Origin: a virus
IMG/VR virus record: IMGVR_UViG_3300047564_005433
Coordinates: 9,392 to 73,391 of that record
Reading direction: 5' to 3' (one strand)
DNA length: 64,000 bases
Below the pieces are notes generated by a model. It searched no databases, had not been told where the DNA came from, and worked only from the letters and a program-made list of their open reading frames with translations. A program made the translations under genes and the position numbers. Below, one piece after another: positions 1 to 8,767 of the stretch. Within the stretch, counting starts at the first letter, position 1. Each line of letters starts with the position of its first letter.

Positions 1-245
1 CAAATACCAGCGAGCATTTCGCCTGCGTATTGGTGAGCTTCACGAAGATTGTCAAGAGCTGCTTGGCGCTCGTCGCGAGCCTTGTAGAAAGCATCTGGTC
101 CTTGAGGATAAAAATCCCGACCATTAAGCTCGGCTTTTACTAGAGCATCAATGGCTTTGTCAATGGCTTGGTAAGCATTGGCGTAGCCGTCTCTGAGCGT
201 GGTGAAGCCAGTGCCGTTAAGGTGGATGGTGGGGATGGTTGCCAT
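1..245 (-). CDS. Hypothetical phage protein, truncated at window edge
   Basis: Manual translation MATIPTIHLNGTGFTTLRDGY... is open to position 1. Confidence 0.6.
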   Translation of the reverse strand, partial: MATIPTIHLNGTGFTTLRDGYANAYQAIDKAIDALVKAELNGRDFYPQGPDAFYKARDERQAALDNLREAHQYAGEMLAGI

Positions 246-274
246 GGTTTGAGGCGCGAACGAGGGAACAATAC

Positions 275-303
275 AAAAGAAAGGGGCCTGATGGCCCCTT
301 TGT
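275..303. terminator. Rho-independent terminator hairpin
   Basis: AAAGGGGCC-TGAT-GGCCCCTTT with A/T flanks. Confidence 0.7.
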
Positions 304-312
304 CACAAAGCT

Positions 313-504
313 TTACAAAGACAAAAGTCGCTTGATGTCGCGCTCCACATTCTTCAAGCTGTGTCTGTCTGTCGTGCTTTTGCTGCAGACCAGCATTTTG
401 CCAGAAGAATGCTTAAAAACATAATGCTTTGTTTGTCTATGCAAAACAAAGCCATGCTTTTTAACAAGCGCAAACAATTCTCGTCTATTGTCCTTGAGAG
501 CCAT
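313..504 (-). CDS. HicA-like mRNA interferase
   Basis: 63 aa basic protein with pattern L..HGF...RQTKH.VFKH..G...V...DIKR; start overlaps the upstream stop (TAATG). Confidence 0.65.
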   Translation of the reverse strand: MALKDNRRELFALVKKHGFVLHRQTKHYVFKHSSGKMLVCSKSTTDRHSLKNVERDIKRLLSL

Positions 505-734
505 TAAGCGTCGCCAGCAAGTATTTGGCCAATTTCTGTTTCTGGGCCATCGCTGTAAACGAGGCAATTAGATTTCCAGGACAAAGGATTTTTACCTTCT
601 CCCACCTCTTCCGACCAGATAGAAGGACGTTCGTTGGAGACTATTTCATTGGCGAAATCCTCCGCTTCGCAACTGTCTTCAGCCCAAACATAGGCTTGGT
701 AGTTAATTTCAACAACGTACAGTTTCTTTTCCAT
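504..734 (-). CDS. Hypothetical protein
   Basis: ORF in a tightly packed minus-strand run. Confidence 0.6.
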   Translation of the reverse strand: MEKKLYVVEINYQAYVWAEDSCEAEDFANEIVSNERPSIWSEEVGEGKNPLSWKSNCLVYSDGPETEIGQILAGDA

Positions 735-736
735 GA

Positions 737-943
737 TCAAAGCACCTTCCAAATGTCATCTTGCAAAGCGTCTGCAAGCGTGATTAGCAAGTCTTTCTTG
801 CTTTTATAAGCGGGCTTATTAACGCGGGAAAGAATAAAAGAGCGAGCAGAAGAACGATCATTGGAGCTGTAATCTTGCCATTTGTGCTTGGCATTGTCAG
901 AAACCATTTTGGCAATGGCTTGTTGCGTTTTGGTGAGAGGCAT
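737..943 (-). CDS. Hypothetical protein
   Basis: ATG ORF, tightly packed. Confidence 0.6.
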   Translation of the reverse strand: MPLTKTQQAIAKMVSDNAKHKWQDYSSNDRSSARSFILSRVNKPAYKSKKDLLITLADALQDDIWKVL

Positions 944-946
944 GGT

Positions 947-1153
947 TCAAAGATTTCGGGAGTGGATGTAAATAGACAAGCTTTTAATTTTGCCTTCTAA
1001 CTTGCCAATGTAATTAAACAGGCGCTCAAGCATCACGCCGTCTTCTTCCATTAGCTCTTCTGCTACTGGTCGCCCTTCGGGGAGCAAATACCGAGAAAAC
1101 AGCACCCTGTCTCTGTTTGACATGCGTGGTTTGTTTTTACGAAAGAAGCGCAT
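947..1153 (-). CDS. Hypothetical protein
   Basis: ATG ORF, tightly packed. Confidence 0.55.
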   Translation of the reverse strand: MRFFRKNKPRMSNRDRVLFSRYLLPEGRPVAEELMEEDGVMLERLFNYIGKLEGKIKSLSIYIHSRNL

Positions 1154-1156
1154 TGT

Positions 1157-1435
1157 TCAGAAGACGAGGGTTTGTCCATTGGCTTTGATGCTTGTCACGC
1201 GCTCACAATCAAACGAACGCCAAGCACCTTCCCCTTCTTTACGAGCGATGGAGAAATCACGACAACGGACAATGCTGGGCTTTTTGATTACCGTGCCAGT
1301 GCCCTTGATTTCCTTGGTGTCCCAGGGATTGAACTGGAGCTTGCGCAGGGAACCGTCTGCCTTAACGAATTCCACTGAAACAATGCTGTGGCCAGCATTG
1401 AAGATGAACTGTTTAATGCGGGAGGTTTTGTCCAT
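1157..1435 (-). CDS. SH3/WYL-like beta-barrel phage protein
   Basis: V.F.KADGSLR...WRSF..ERV pattern. Confidence 0.55.
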   Translation of the reverse strand: MDKTSRIKQFIFNAGHSIVSVEFVKADGSLRKLQFNPWDTKEIKGTGTVIKKPSIVRCRDFSIARKEGEGAWRSFDCERVTSIKANGQTLVF

Positions 1436-1516
1436 GAGGAGCTGTCGCCAGCGAAGGAACGAGGAAGAAAGAAAGGGGGAGCCTCTTGCGAAGCTCCTTT
1501 CCGATCGACCGAAGGA

Positions 1517-1546
1517 ACTATAGGCTCAACTGAGCGGGGCTGTCAA
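1517..1546 (-). promoter_or_regulatory. Sigma70-type promoter
   Basis: TTGACA-N18-TATAGT on the minus strand upstream of the 1435 ORF. Confidence 0.6.
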
Positions 1547-1730
1547 GCCTTGGTACGGGGAAGCCGTTGGCAATGCGGCAGTAGCGCTCAGGATGCAGGA
1601 GCATGCACTTCTCCAAGCCTTCCTTGTTGGGCAGCACGTTAGGGGAAGCTGCAATGGCAAAGGCACCTAGACCAAAGATGAGGCTTACGAGCAGGAAGGA
1701 AGCGGTGTCTTTCATAGCTTTGAAATGCAA
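1518..1730 (-). CDS. Small membrane or secreted protein
   Basis: N-terminal hydrophobic helix and two Cys. Confidence 0.5.
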   Translation of the reverse strand: MHFKAMKDTASFLLVSLIFGLGAFAIAASPNVLPNKEGLEKCMLLHPERYCRIANGFPVPRLDSPAQLSL

Positions 1731-2068
1731 ACGTTTGTAACGCCTTGCGAGGGGCGGGCAATACGAGAGAAAGCGCCGATGGAAAGATCGAGAATGCGCC
1801 CTCCGTAGAATGGCCCGCGATCTGAGACGGTCAACACCACTTGCTTTCCATTGTCACGGTTCTTAACAAGAAGCTTCGTGCCAAATGGAAGCCATGGATG
1901 GGCGGCGATCATTGCTTGGGGATTCATGGGGCGACCATTGGCCATTGTCTGCCAGGCGTAGCCATCACCATGCCCTCCATAGAAGCTTGCTTCACCACAT
2001 TGGAGCGTTGCTGCTTGCGCCTGGAGAGGGCATAGCAGCAGGAGAGAAAAAAGGAAACGTTTCATCAA
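1712..2068 (-). CDS. rlpA: RlpA-like (DPBB) lytic transglycosylase
   Basis: Signal peptide; GEASFYG, ANG, AAHPWLPFGT, V.DRGPF..GRILDLS..AF motifs. Confidence 0.85.
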   Translation of the reverse strand: MMKRFLFSLLLLCPLQAQAATLQCGEASFYGGHGDGYAWQTMANGRPMNPQAMIAAHPWLPFGTKLLVKNRDNGKQVVLTVSDRGPFYGGRILDLSIGAFSRIARPSQGVTNVCISKL

Positions 2069-2177
2069 TTAGTACGAAAGAACTAGCGAGGGCCATGCCG
2101 TCTCCGACAAGGCAGCCCCTATTGTGCCATGAAACTGCTCGTTGCTGCCGAACGGACTTGGCGTGTTATGCTTTTGA

Positions 2178-2388
2178 AGCACTCGGCCCTAGCGGCTTAA
2201 TTGCTGCTCTCGTCTTCGGGCGAGCCGTGAGGATGGGCGTTTCTGATGATGCGGGCGAAGATCGAACGATCTAGCCAAGGAGTTTTTGCATGGTCTCCTG
2301 CGAGGCGCATCATCTCCCTACGCAACTGATGGGAAACAGAAAAATCGGAGGGTGTAAAGAGAAGGGGCCGCAAGGCCCTTTTTCTTTT
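2178..2388 (+). ncRNA. Putative structured non-coding RNA
   Basis: Extended -10 TGnTATGCT at 2164-2172, several hairpins including a cUUCGg tetraloop, long-range pairings and a terminator at 2361-2388. Confidence 0.5.
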
Positions 2389-2435
2389 GCCAATACAAAG
2401 CCAGTTAGACTCAGGCAATACAAGATCAGCCGATC

Positions 2436-2603
2436 ATGAAGCTTTCTGCAGAGCAGGAAAGAGAAAGGCTTAAACGATGGATGGCAAGCGGGGAAGTTTA
2501 TGACCCTCGCAACGAAGAAGATTTTGACACTTGGTCCGTAGGGATGGAGCCTCTTCCTGGTGATACAACGTGGGCAAAGAAAAAGCCCCTTGAGGGGCTT
2601 TAG
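2436..2603 (+). CDS. Small hypothetical protein (55 aa)
   Basis: Manual translation MKLSAEQERERLKRWMASGEVYDPRNEEDF...; ends in a terminator hairpin. Confidence 0.5.
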   Translation: MKLSAEQERERLKRWMASGEVYDPRNEEDFDTWSVGMEPLPGDTTWAKKKPLEGL

Positions 2604-2670
2604 CAGGATTCTTGATAAATGGCGTTTATTGGAAATCCTGATAATTGACGAGGGCTCTCAGTGGGTCTGA

Positions 2671-2889
2671 CTACTGGTCTTCAAGCTCATCAGCGATGGC
2701 GAGTAAGTCGTCCGCGTCGCACTGCCATATGTCGTGGCCAGGATGCCTCTGCGTATGGGCTACAGCAGCACGAAGGGCGGCGGCAGCAATGTCCCTAGAG
2801 TCATTTAGGATGTCATCTGGGCCATAGCAGCAAGCGCCATTGGCGGCATCCAACACAGCTTGGGCAGCAGGTGAAAGTTGTTGAGTCAT
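2671..2889 (-). CDS. Hypothetical protein, paralog of 3391-3639
   Basis: Shared LS.AAQAV..AA, IAAA.LRA and LL.IADEL motifs. Confidence 0.7.
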   Translation of the reverse strand: MTQQLSPAAQAVLDAANGACCYGPDDILNDSRDIAAAALRAAVAHTQRHPGHDIWQCDADDLLAIADELEDQ

Positions 2890-2901
2890 TAGTTGATCGG
2901 A

Positions 2902-3372
2902 CTAAGAGGGCTGGGGCAAAGCGTTGGCGGGGAGCCAGTGGGAAAAGCCCAGCCATTGGACAGAAGGCAACACGTGTTGAGTTGGTACTAAATACCAAGA
3001 TTCCCAAATGTCGTCGTCTTCCGGGTTGTACTGGTGAAAACCCCAACACCTCCCTTCTTCATCGCAATCTTCCGGTCCTGGCAGGCGCTCGCTCACTGGG
3101 ATGGACTGAGTTGAACTATCTGGAGATCCCGGATGGTTGCCCCAGCGAGCAAGGACAGCACGGGCATAGGCACGCCAGCTTTCGGGCTCACCGCTCTGGT
3201 CGATCTCGGTGAACAGCTCGTCAAGAGCCTCATCAGTCGGCTCCTCCGGCTCAGGCTCAGCCAGGGCGTCGCGGACACGCAGCATTAGGGGAGACAAGTG
3301 CATCCGATCTGTGGGAATACCGCTATCAATAGCGTCAACCAACTCAGCGCACAGTCGTTTGTAATCGGTCAT
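2902..3372 (-). CDS. DUF551-like phage protein
   Basis: IPVSERLP and SHWLP motifs. Confidence 0.6.
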   Translation of the reverse strand: MTDYKRLCAELVDAIDSGIPTDRMHLSPLMLRVRDALAEPEPEEPTDEALDELFTEIDQSGEPESWRAYARAVLARWGNHPGSPDSSTQSIPVSERLPGPEDCDEEGRCWGFHQYNPEDDDIWESWYLVPTQHVLPSVQWLGFSHWLPANALPQPS

Positions 3373-3390
3373 GGTGTTAAGTGAGGTGGA

Positions 3391-3639
3391 CTACTGGGCA
3401 TAAAGCTCATCAGCAATAGAAAGAAGTTGCTGACGGCATTTTTGTCTTGTGTCCCGCTCAAGCTGCCAACGCTCATCAAGAAAGTGAAGCGGCTCTTCTG
3501 GAACTATTTGATCTGCAACAGCACGTAAAACAGCGGCTGCAATCTCTTCAGCTTGGCAAGGATAGTCGTCTGGATCAAAAGAGCTGACATAAAGGGCAGC
3601 TTTTGCTACTGCTTGTGCAGCAAGTGAAAGTTGAGACAT
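3391..3639 (-). CDS. Hypothetical protein, paralog of 2671-2889
   Basis: Shares motifs with 2671-2889. Confidence 0.7.
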   Translation of the reverse strand: MSQLSLAAQAVAKAALYVSSFDPDDYPCQAEEIAAAVLRAVADQIVPEEPLHFLDERWQLERDTRQKCRQQLLSIADELYAQ

Positions 3640-3653
3640 AGAAGTGATGTTGA

Positions 3654-3992
3654 CTACTCGGGCAGGGATTCAAGAGCTGTCTTGATGGTTTCAAGGTCTT
3701 GGTGAAACTCTCTGGTGTCATCAGCGCCTGTGGCTATGGCATAGAGAGCACCCAGCGCCTGCTCCTTCAAGCTCGGCGGCTTGGTGCGGCGGGCGGTGCG
3801 GAGACCCCGGCTTAAAGTTTCCCAGTGATCTGCAACTAGCAACTCACAGCACGCCTCCAGCTCCTGATCAGCGCCAGCCTGGTAAGCCTGAACAAACAAA
3901 GAGTCAACATCAGCGCCCATGGCTAGAGCCTGTTTGCACCAGGCATCAACCTGCCACTGCGGCGGAGTAATCGGATGGTTTTTGTCAGTCAT
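3654..3992 (-). CDS. Hypothetical phage protein
   Basis: ATG at 3992 (MTDKNHPITPP...GADQELEACCE...PPSLKEQAL). Confidence 0.65.
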   Translation of the reverse strand: MTDKNHPITPPQWQVDAWCKQALAMGADVDSLFVQAYQAGADQELEACCELLVADHWETLSRGLRTARRTKPPSLKEQALGALYAIATGADDTREFHQDLETIKTALESLPE

Positions 3993-4026
3993 GAGAAAGA
4001 GAAGTGTGTAGAAATTGGCAATTTGG

Positions 4027-6339
4027 CTAGATGGAAGTGATGAGACGATAGCGCTTGAGGATTTCCTCTTGCTCTTTATCTCGCCAGTATTGAAGCCTAC
4101 GCTCAAGCCTTGCCGTGGCAAGTTGCATTACGCTTCGCTTGTCATGGTCCCAATCAAGCAATGGATCAGAATTGCTGGCCAAAGAGCTGCTCGTAGGCAT
4201 GAGAGATAGCGCGAAATTTCCTAAGATGATGATCCCTATCTTTCGCCAACAATTCCGCGAGATCTTTAACGAGCTGGTCGCCATTGTCATTGTCAAAGTA
4301 TTCAAAAATAGCGTCCGTAAGTGTGTCTTTGGGCGTGCTCACAGTTTGCCTCCTTTAATGGCATTGTTGTAGTTCATCAGATATTCTTCAAAATCAGCGC
4401 CAGTGGGAGCTTCTTTACAAAGCTCTTCATGGTTCTCCTTGAGCATTTCCAAGCTCACAACAAATGCACAACGAATGCGATTCAAAGCAAGTTGTTGCAC
4501 GAGATTGGGCTCTTCATCAATAGCCTTTTCAATGGTGCAAATGTATTCCTGCAGATCAGTCATGGCAAAGCTGCGCGTCACCATTGGCTGACCAAAGCTC
4601 ATGGCAAGCTCGTTGTCCTTAAAAGCAGAAACGGGATGGTTCGGCAGCAGGTGATTGAAAGAGACGGTCACGATGGAAAAGCGGAGGGCTAGCGACGTTC
4701 GCCGTCGCATGGCCATAGTATGCCATCAAAAAGGCCCCCATCAAGGGGGCCGTTCATAAATCGTTACAAAGCTCGTGCTGGCTTTCGCAAGGCCTGCGTG
4801 GCAATGCTCAAATTCTTAGTGATGGGCAATGGCTTTTCCCTCCACTTGATGGCAATGGCATGGCAAGTGCCCACTGGCATCAGCTCAGCGTGCCTGTAAG
4901 CCCTGTCCAGCAGAATTTGATAGGCCTGGCGTTTTGGTTTGCTCATTGGCCCCTCGGGCTCTTCAATGTTGGTGCGAGCGAAATCAGCCAGCTCCGTGAT
5001 GTCATCTAGTTCGTTCGTGGCAATAACAAAATGCCTGCCACGTTGCTGCACCTTTCGCCATGCTGGATGAATGGGAGGGTTTTCCATGGCCAAGGCTTGC
5101 GCTTCTTCTCGGAGTTGAGGAGGAATGCAAATGTGAACCATGCGAGGCAAGGAATGCTCTTCAACCAAGGAGAGCTGATAATCCATGGTTAGGCGAAACG
5201 GAATTGTCCGAAGCGAAAGGAACGAGAGCCAATGGCAAGGCGACATTCGCCAAAACCATCGTACATAGTGCCAAGAAGAAAGCTATTCCTCCATTGGAAA
5301 CAAAATCGTCCTAGGCGGAAATGGCCAGTGGCATCAGTGCAATGGAAAGAGAACGTCATGGGCTGGTTTTGTCTTTAGTGACAGTAGCTTCAATGGCATT
5401 AGCAAGCTGCAGCTTGCTTAAATCAGGAAATTGTTTCGTACTAACACGAATCATTTCCACTGCCGCCAAAATGCCTTCATTCATGGCGTCTTCAGTGACT
5501 TTTGCAATCACTGCACGCATTGCAGCTTCTTCTATTGGTGTCATTTGTTAATAACAGGAAGTGATTGGCCCAGTGTCTCAAGCCAGCAGAGCATACACCA
5601 ATGGCCGTTATGACCAGGAATCGTACTCACAATGGTATGGGGATGAACACCGTGTTTTGGGCAATCAATTTTGGCAGCTTCAACAACGAGAGTGCTTTTC
5701 CACTCTAGGTCTGTCAATTGTGTCATAACTGTGGATCTTCAGGAAGCGGAGGAATTTCTTCAATGAGAGCAATCTTTACATCGGGGCGCATTGCAAGAAG
5801 AAAATGCTCTGCTTGTTTTGCTGAAATTGCCCCAAGGGCAATTTTCTTCCCTTCTGAAGTGGTAATACAAAACGTACGACAAAGTGAGGCCATTACCAAC
5901 TTTCCTCCTCAAGCTCTTCAAGGATGTGTTGACTGAGCGTTTGTTCAAGCATGGGCTTCCATCCGCCGTCGCCTCCAATGCTATTAATTTCTCCCAAGAG
6001 ATGGAGGGCATCAGCAACGCGAGTGGCGTCCATCAGACAGCTACAGGCCATACTCGGCTCCTCGCCAATCAGCTCCTCAAACATGCCAATGTGCAGCTCA
6101 AACCATTTACCAAGACAGAACAGGGCAATTTGCCTGTAGGTTTCGTCGCCATGCTTTTCGAGCATGGCTTCAATGGTGGCGGCCAGCTTTGGAGGAATGC
6201 CTACGGTGCCATGGTCCTGCAGGCCAGGGGAGATTGAAGAGGCAATAGCTTGACGCTTGCCGTCTTTGGCGGCTACGGCTTGGCGCAGGAAATCGTCAAC
6301 GGAGGCGAATTGATCCAATGCAAGGAAGCGTTTCGTCAA
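4027..6339 (-). other. Run of small hypothetical ORFs (e.g. 4339-4716, 4764-5246, 5356-5544, 5541-5726, 5893-6339)
   Basis: Contiguous minus-strand ORFs with no recognisable domains. Confidence 0.5.
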
Positions 6340-6363
6340 TAATGGCGCCTTAAGGCGCCGTTG

Positions 6364-7119
6364 TCAATAATCATCTTCATTAATTGTTTGTAAAGGCATG
6401 GTTTCAGGAATGGGCTCACTTTCTGGCTCGGCATCAAAGCTGATGGTCTCAGCAGACGCAAGGAGAGAATTGCCACGTCGTTCTTCCGTAGCCTTCGCTT
6501 CCTTCTCCTTTTCAATGGTGGAAGACAAGTCTTTTAGGAAGGTTCGGTAGGAAGTGTCTTGGTTTTCTACTGGCTTGATTTCGTTCAAGCCCAGCAGCTT
6601 TGCTTGTTCCACCAAGGAGTTTTTGGCCACGTTAAGGAACGAAGCATCACCAGCGCTTTCTTCTATCTTCACCATTTCCTTTCCGCCATCGTCACCGCCG
6701 TCCATGATGGTCACTGTCTTTTTGCGCTTACTGGTTTCAAAGCTTGCCAATGCAAGATCTTTTAGGTCCATTTGCTCTTTCAACAAACGCGCCCGATGAG
6801 TGTCTTGATTCTTGAGAATCTCTTGCGTGTATAGGTCTCTGTTGAAATGCCTATCTCCATTGACTGTTTCTTTGCTTAGTTTTAGTACATTCGCGATCTG
6901 ACGATTGCTCATCTTCGCTGCCAACAATTCTTGCACCATCCATCGCCTTACGCCAAGCATTTCCTTTGTATAAATGCCAGCACCATGCGTGCCGCCCTTT
7001 GATTTATGCTCGCGGATGGTTTCGTATTGCGTAATTGGTACGCCTGCCTTTTCTAAGGCTTTCCTCGCATAAGCTTCTTCTTCTTCAGGCGTGGCGAATT
7101 CAATCTCTGGACGAGGCAT
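6364..7119 (-). CDS. HTH protein, candidate terminase small subunit
   Basis: HTH MSNRQIANVLKLSKETVNGD, helical middle and AKLLGL motif resembling TerS. Confidence 0.5.
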   Translation of the reverse strand: MPRPEIEFATPEEEEAYARKALEKAGVPITQYETIREHKSKGGTHGAGIYTKEMLGVRRWMVQELLAAKMSNRQIANVLKLSKETVNGDRHFNRDLYTQEILKNQDTHRARLLKEQMDLKDLALASFETSKRKKTVTIMDGGDDGGKEMVKIEESAGDASFLNVAKNSLVEQAKLLGLNEIKPVENQDTSYRTFLKDLSSTIEKEKEAKATEERRGNSLLASAETISFDAEPESEPIPETMPLQTINEDDY

Positions 7120-7125
7120 TGTTTA

Positions 7126-7783
7126 TTATTTTGCTCCTCGCATTGTATCCCCTTTTCCATGGAGAGTACGGACAAACAATTCAGTGAAACGTTCCATGCG
7201 AGAAGCCACGACAGTGGCTGGACCATCATCAATTGCTTTCTTGAGCATGCAAAGCTCTTCCCACTCAGAGTCAGACAATGGCACGATGATTTCCATAGTT
7301 AAGCAAAGGGGCGCATAAAGCGCCCCGTTTCTCCACAATCAATGATACTGCCAGAAGGCTTTTTCTAGCAAATCATCAAAATCGTTAAGCTTTTTAGGGC
7401 AATACTTTCGGACAAATTCTTCCATTTCCTTATGGAAGCTATCGACAATTTCTGCATAGGCAGCATCTAGTCCACGAGCGTCCATTTCATGCTCAGCTTC
7501 GCGCTCATAAGCAAGAGCCATGCAATCTTTTGGATTGGTGCAAAATTCACGCATTAGCCTGCTCCTGAGTGGCGAAGCCATTATCAATTAATTGCTTGAT
7601 TTCATGCAAGCTAGAGCGCCAATGGCGCTCGCCATTCTCATCCCTTGCTCCATAAATTGTTCGGGCCGCTGGTTGCGGCCCTTTGCTTGGCTTTGAAAAA
7701 CCGTGATGGACAATAGGCAAAATTTCTGCCCCATTGTGCTCTAGGAGGGGAAGCTTGTCTACTGGTTGAGGCGGGAGAAGCAT
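7126..7783 (-). other. Three small hypothetical ORFs (7126-7338, 7339-7587, 7547-7783)
   Basis: Packed minus-strand ORFs; exact starts uncertain. Confidence 0.45.
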
Positions 7784-8179
7784 TGCGCTGGTAGATTCCT
7801 TTGCAATGTTAAGAGCGTTTTAGACGATTGAAGGTTGTTTATGCCTTTTGTCTAGAACGTTCCGCCTTGGGGGCTCCACTATGTCTTGAACGGCATTGCG
7901 AAGGTTTGAGGCATCGTCTGGCTTTGATCGTTTTGTTAGGTGATCTTGGCCTGATGATTGAGCGCTCCGCCCTGGGGGGCTACGCTTGCCCTCGCTGGCC
8001 AGGCAGCGTAGGCTTGGTAGCCCCCTCATGCCCTGCTGAGCATGTCTGGATGCACGCGGGACATTCCGGAACCAGTGTACAGCCCCCCACCAAATTTCCA
8101 CAAGAGGGCCAATCCTTGAACTGTCTTCCTCTATGGAAAAACGGGCTGATGGTAGGATTCTTGGGCTTCGCAAGCCACC

Positions 8180-8335
8180 ATGACTGCTTCCCTTCCTGAC
8201 GGTTTCAAGATTATTAAGCTCCCTCGTAACGGCCCCAAGCCAGGGCAAAGCACCAAAGACTGGCTCTATGGCAAGGACAAAAATTGCCAAGCCGAGCGTG
8301 ACGCTGCTAAATGGCAGGAGGGCAAGCGTGCCTGA
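8180..8335 (+). CDS. Small hypothetical protein (51 aa)
   Basis: Manual translation MTASLPDGFKIIKLPRNGPKPGQSTKDWL... Confidence 0.45.
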   Translation: MTASLPDGFKIIKLPRNGPKPGQSTKDWLYGKDKNCQAERDAAKWQEGKRA

Positions 8336-8522
8336 AGAAATGGACTACAAACAGGCCTACTTAGAGATTGTCTCAGTGGTGGCGCCAAGGTTTCCAGAAT
8401 GCTCCATCTATACCGTCGATCTGGTTCGGCTCTTAGCCTTCGAGAACGATACGTTGAGAATGGCGCTGAATTTACCACTGGCCACTAAGGTTGTGGCAGC
8501 CATTGAAGACGATTTGAATTAA
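8328..8522 (+). CDS. Hypothetical protein
   Basis: GTG or ATG start overlapping the previous ORF; followed by a terminator. Confidence 0.5.
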   Translation: MPEEMDYKQAYLEIVSVVAPRFPECSIYTVDLVRLLAFENDTLRMALNLPLATKVVAAIEDDLN

Positions 8523-8528
8523 GCAAAG

Positions 8529-8555
8529 CAAAGGGGCCATCAGGCCCCTTTTTCA
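8529..8555. terminator. Bidirectional terminator
   Basis: AAAGGGGCC-ATCA-GGCCCCTTT between convergent ORFs. Confidence 0.7.
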
Positions 8556-8669
8556 TTCTTCGTCTTCGTCTTCGTAGTCTTCTTCAAGATCATCTTCAAA
8601 GATTTCAGGAGCTTCTTCAACGATGGGAAGAGGAGCAGCACTTTCGCTGTTATCAAAAATTAGCTTCAT
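8553..8669 (-). CDS. Very acidic 38-aa peptide
   Basis: MKLIFDNSESAAPLPIVEEAPEIFEDDLEEDYEDEDEE. Confidence 0.4.
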   Translation of the reverse strand: MKLIFDNSESAAPLPIVEEAPEIFEDDLEEDYEDEDEE

Positions 8670-8767
8670 AATTTCATGAGCGCTTTCTGTTTATACTAGA
8701 AAAAGCTGCTCGCTACGGTAGGCAGCGGGGAGGCTAGCAATAGAGCCTCCCTCCTATTGCGAGACAG

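Larger units (their letters stand above)
2660..3656 (-). repeat. Four copies of the TAGTC-N5-(C/A)ACT gene-junction motif
   Basis: + strand copies: AGTGGGTCTGACTA (2660), AGTTGATCGGACTA (2891), AGTGAGGTGGACTA (3380), AGTGATGTTGACTA (3643); each TAG is a stop codon. Confidence 0.75.

Noticed and set aside
2240-2345. CTGATGA...GAAA resembling a hammerhead ribozyme core
   Set aside because: The CTGATGA bases are predicted to be paired within stems, and the stem I/III and cleavage-triplet geometry does not fit
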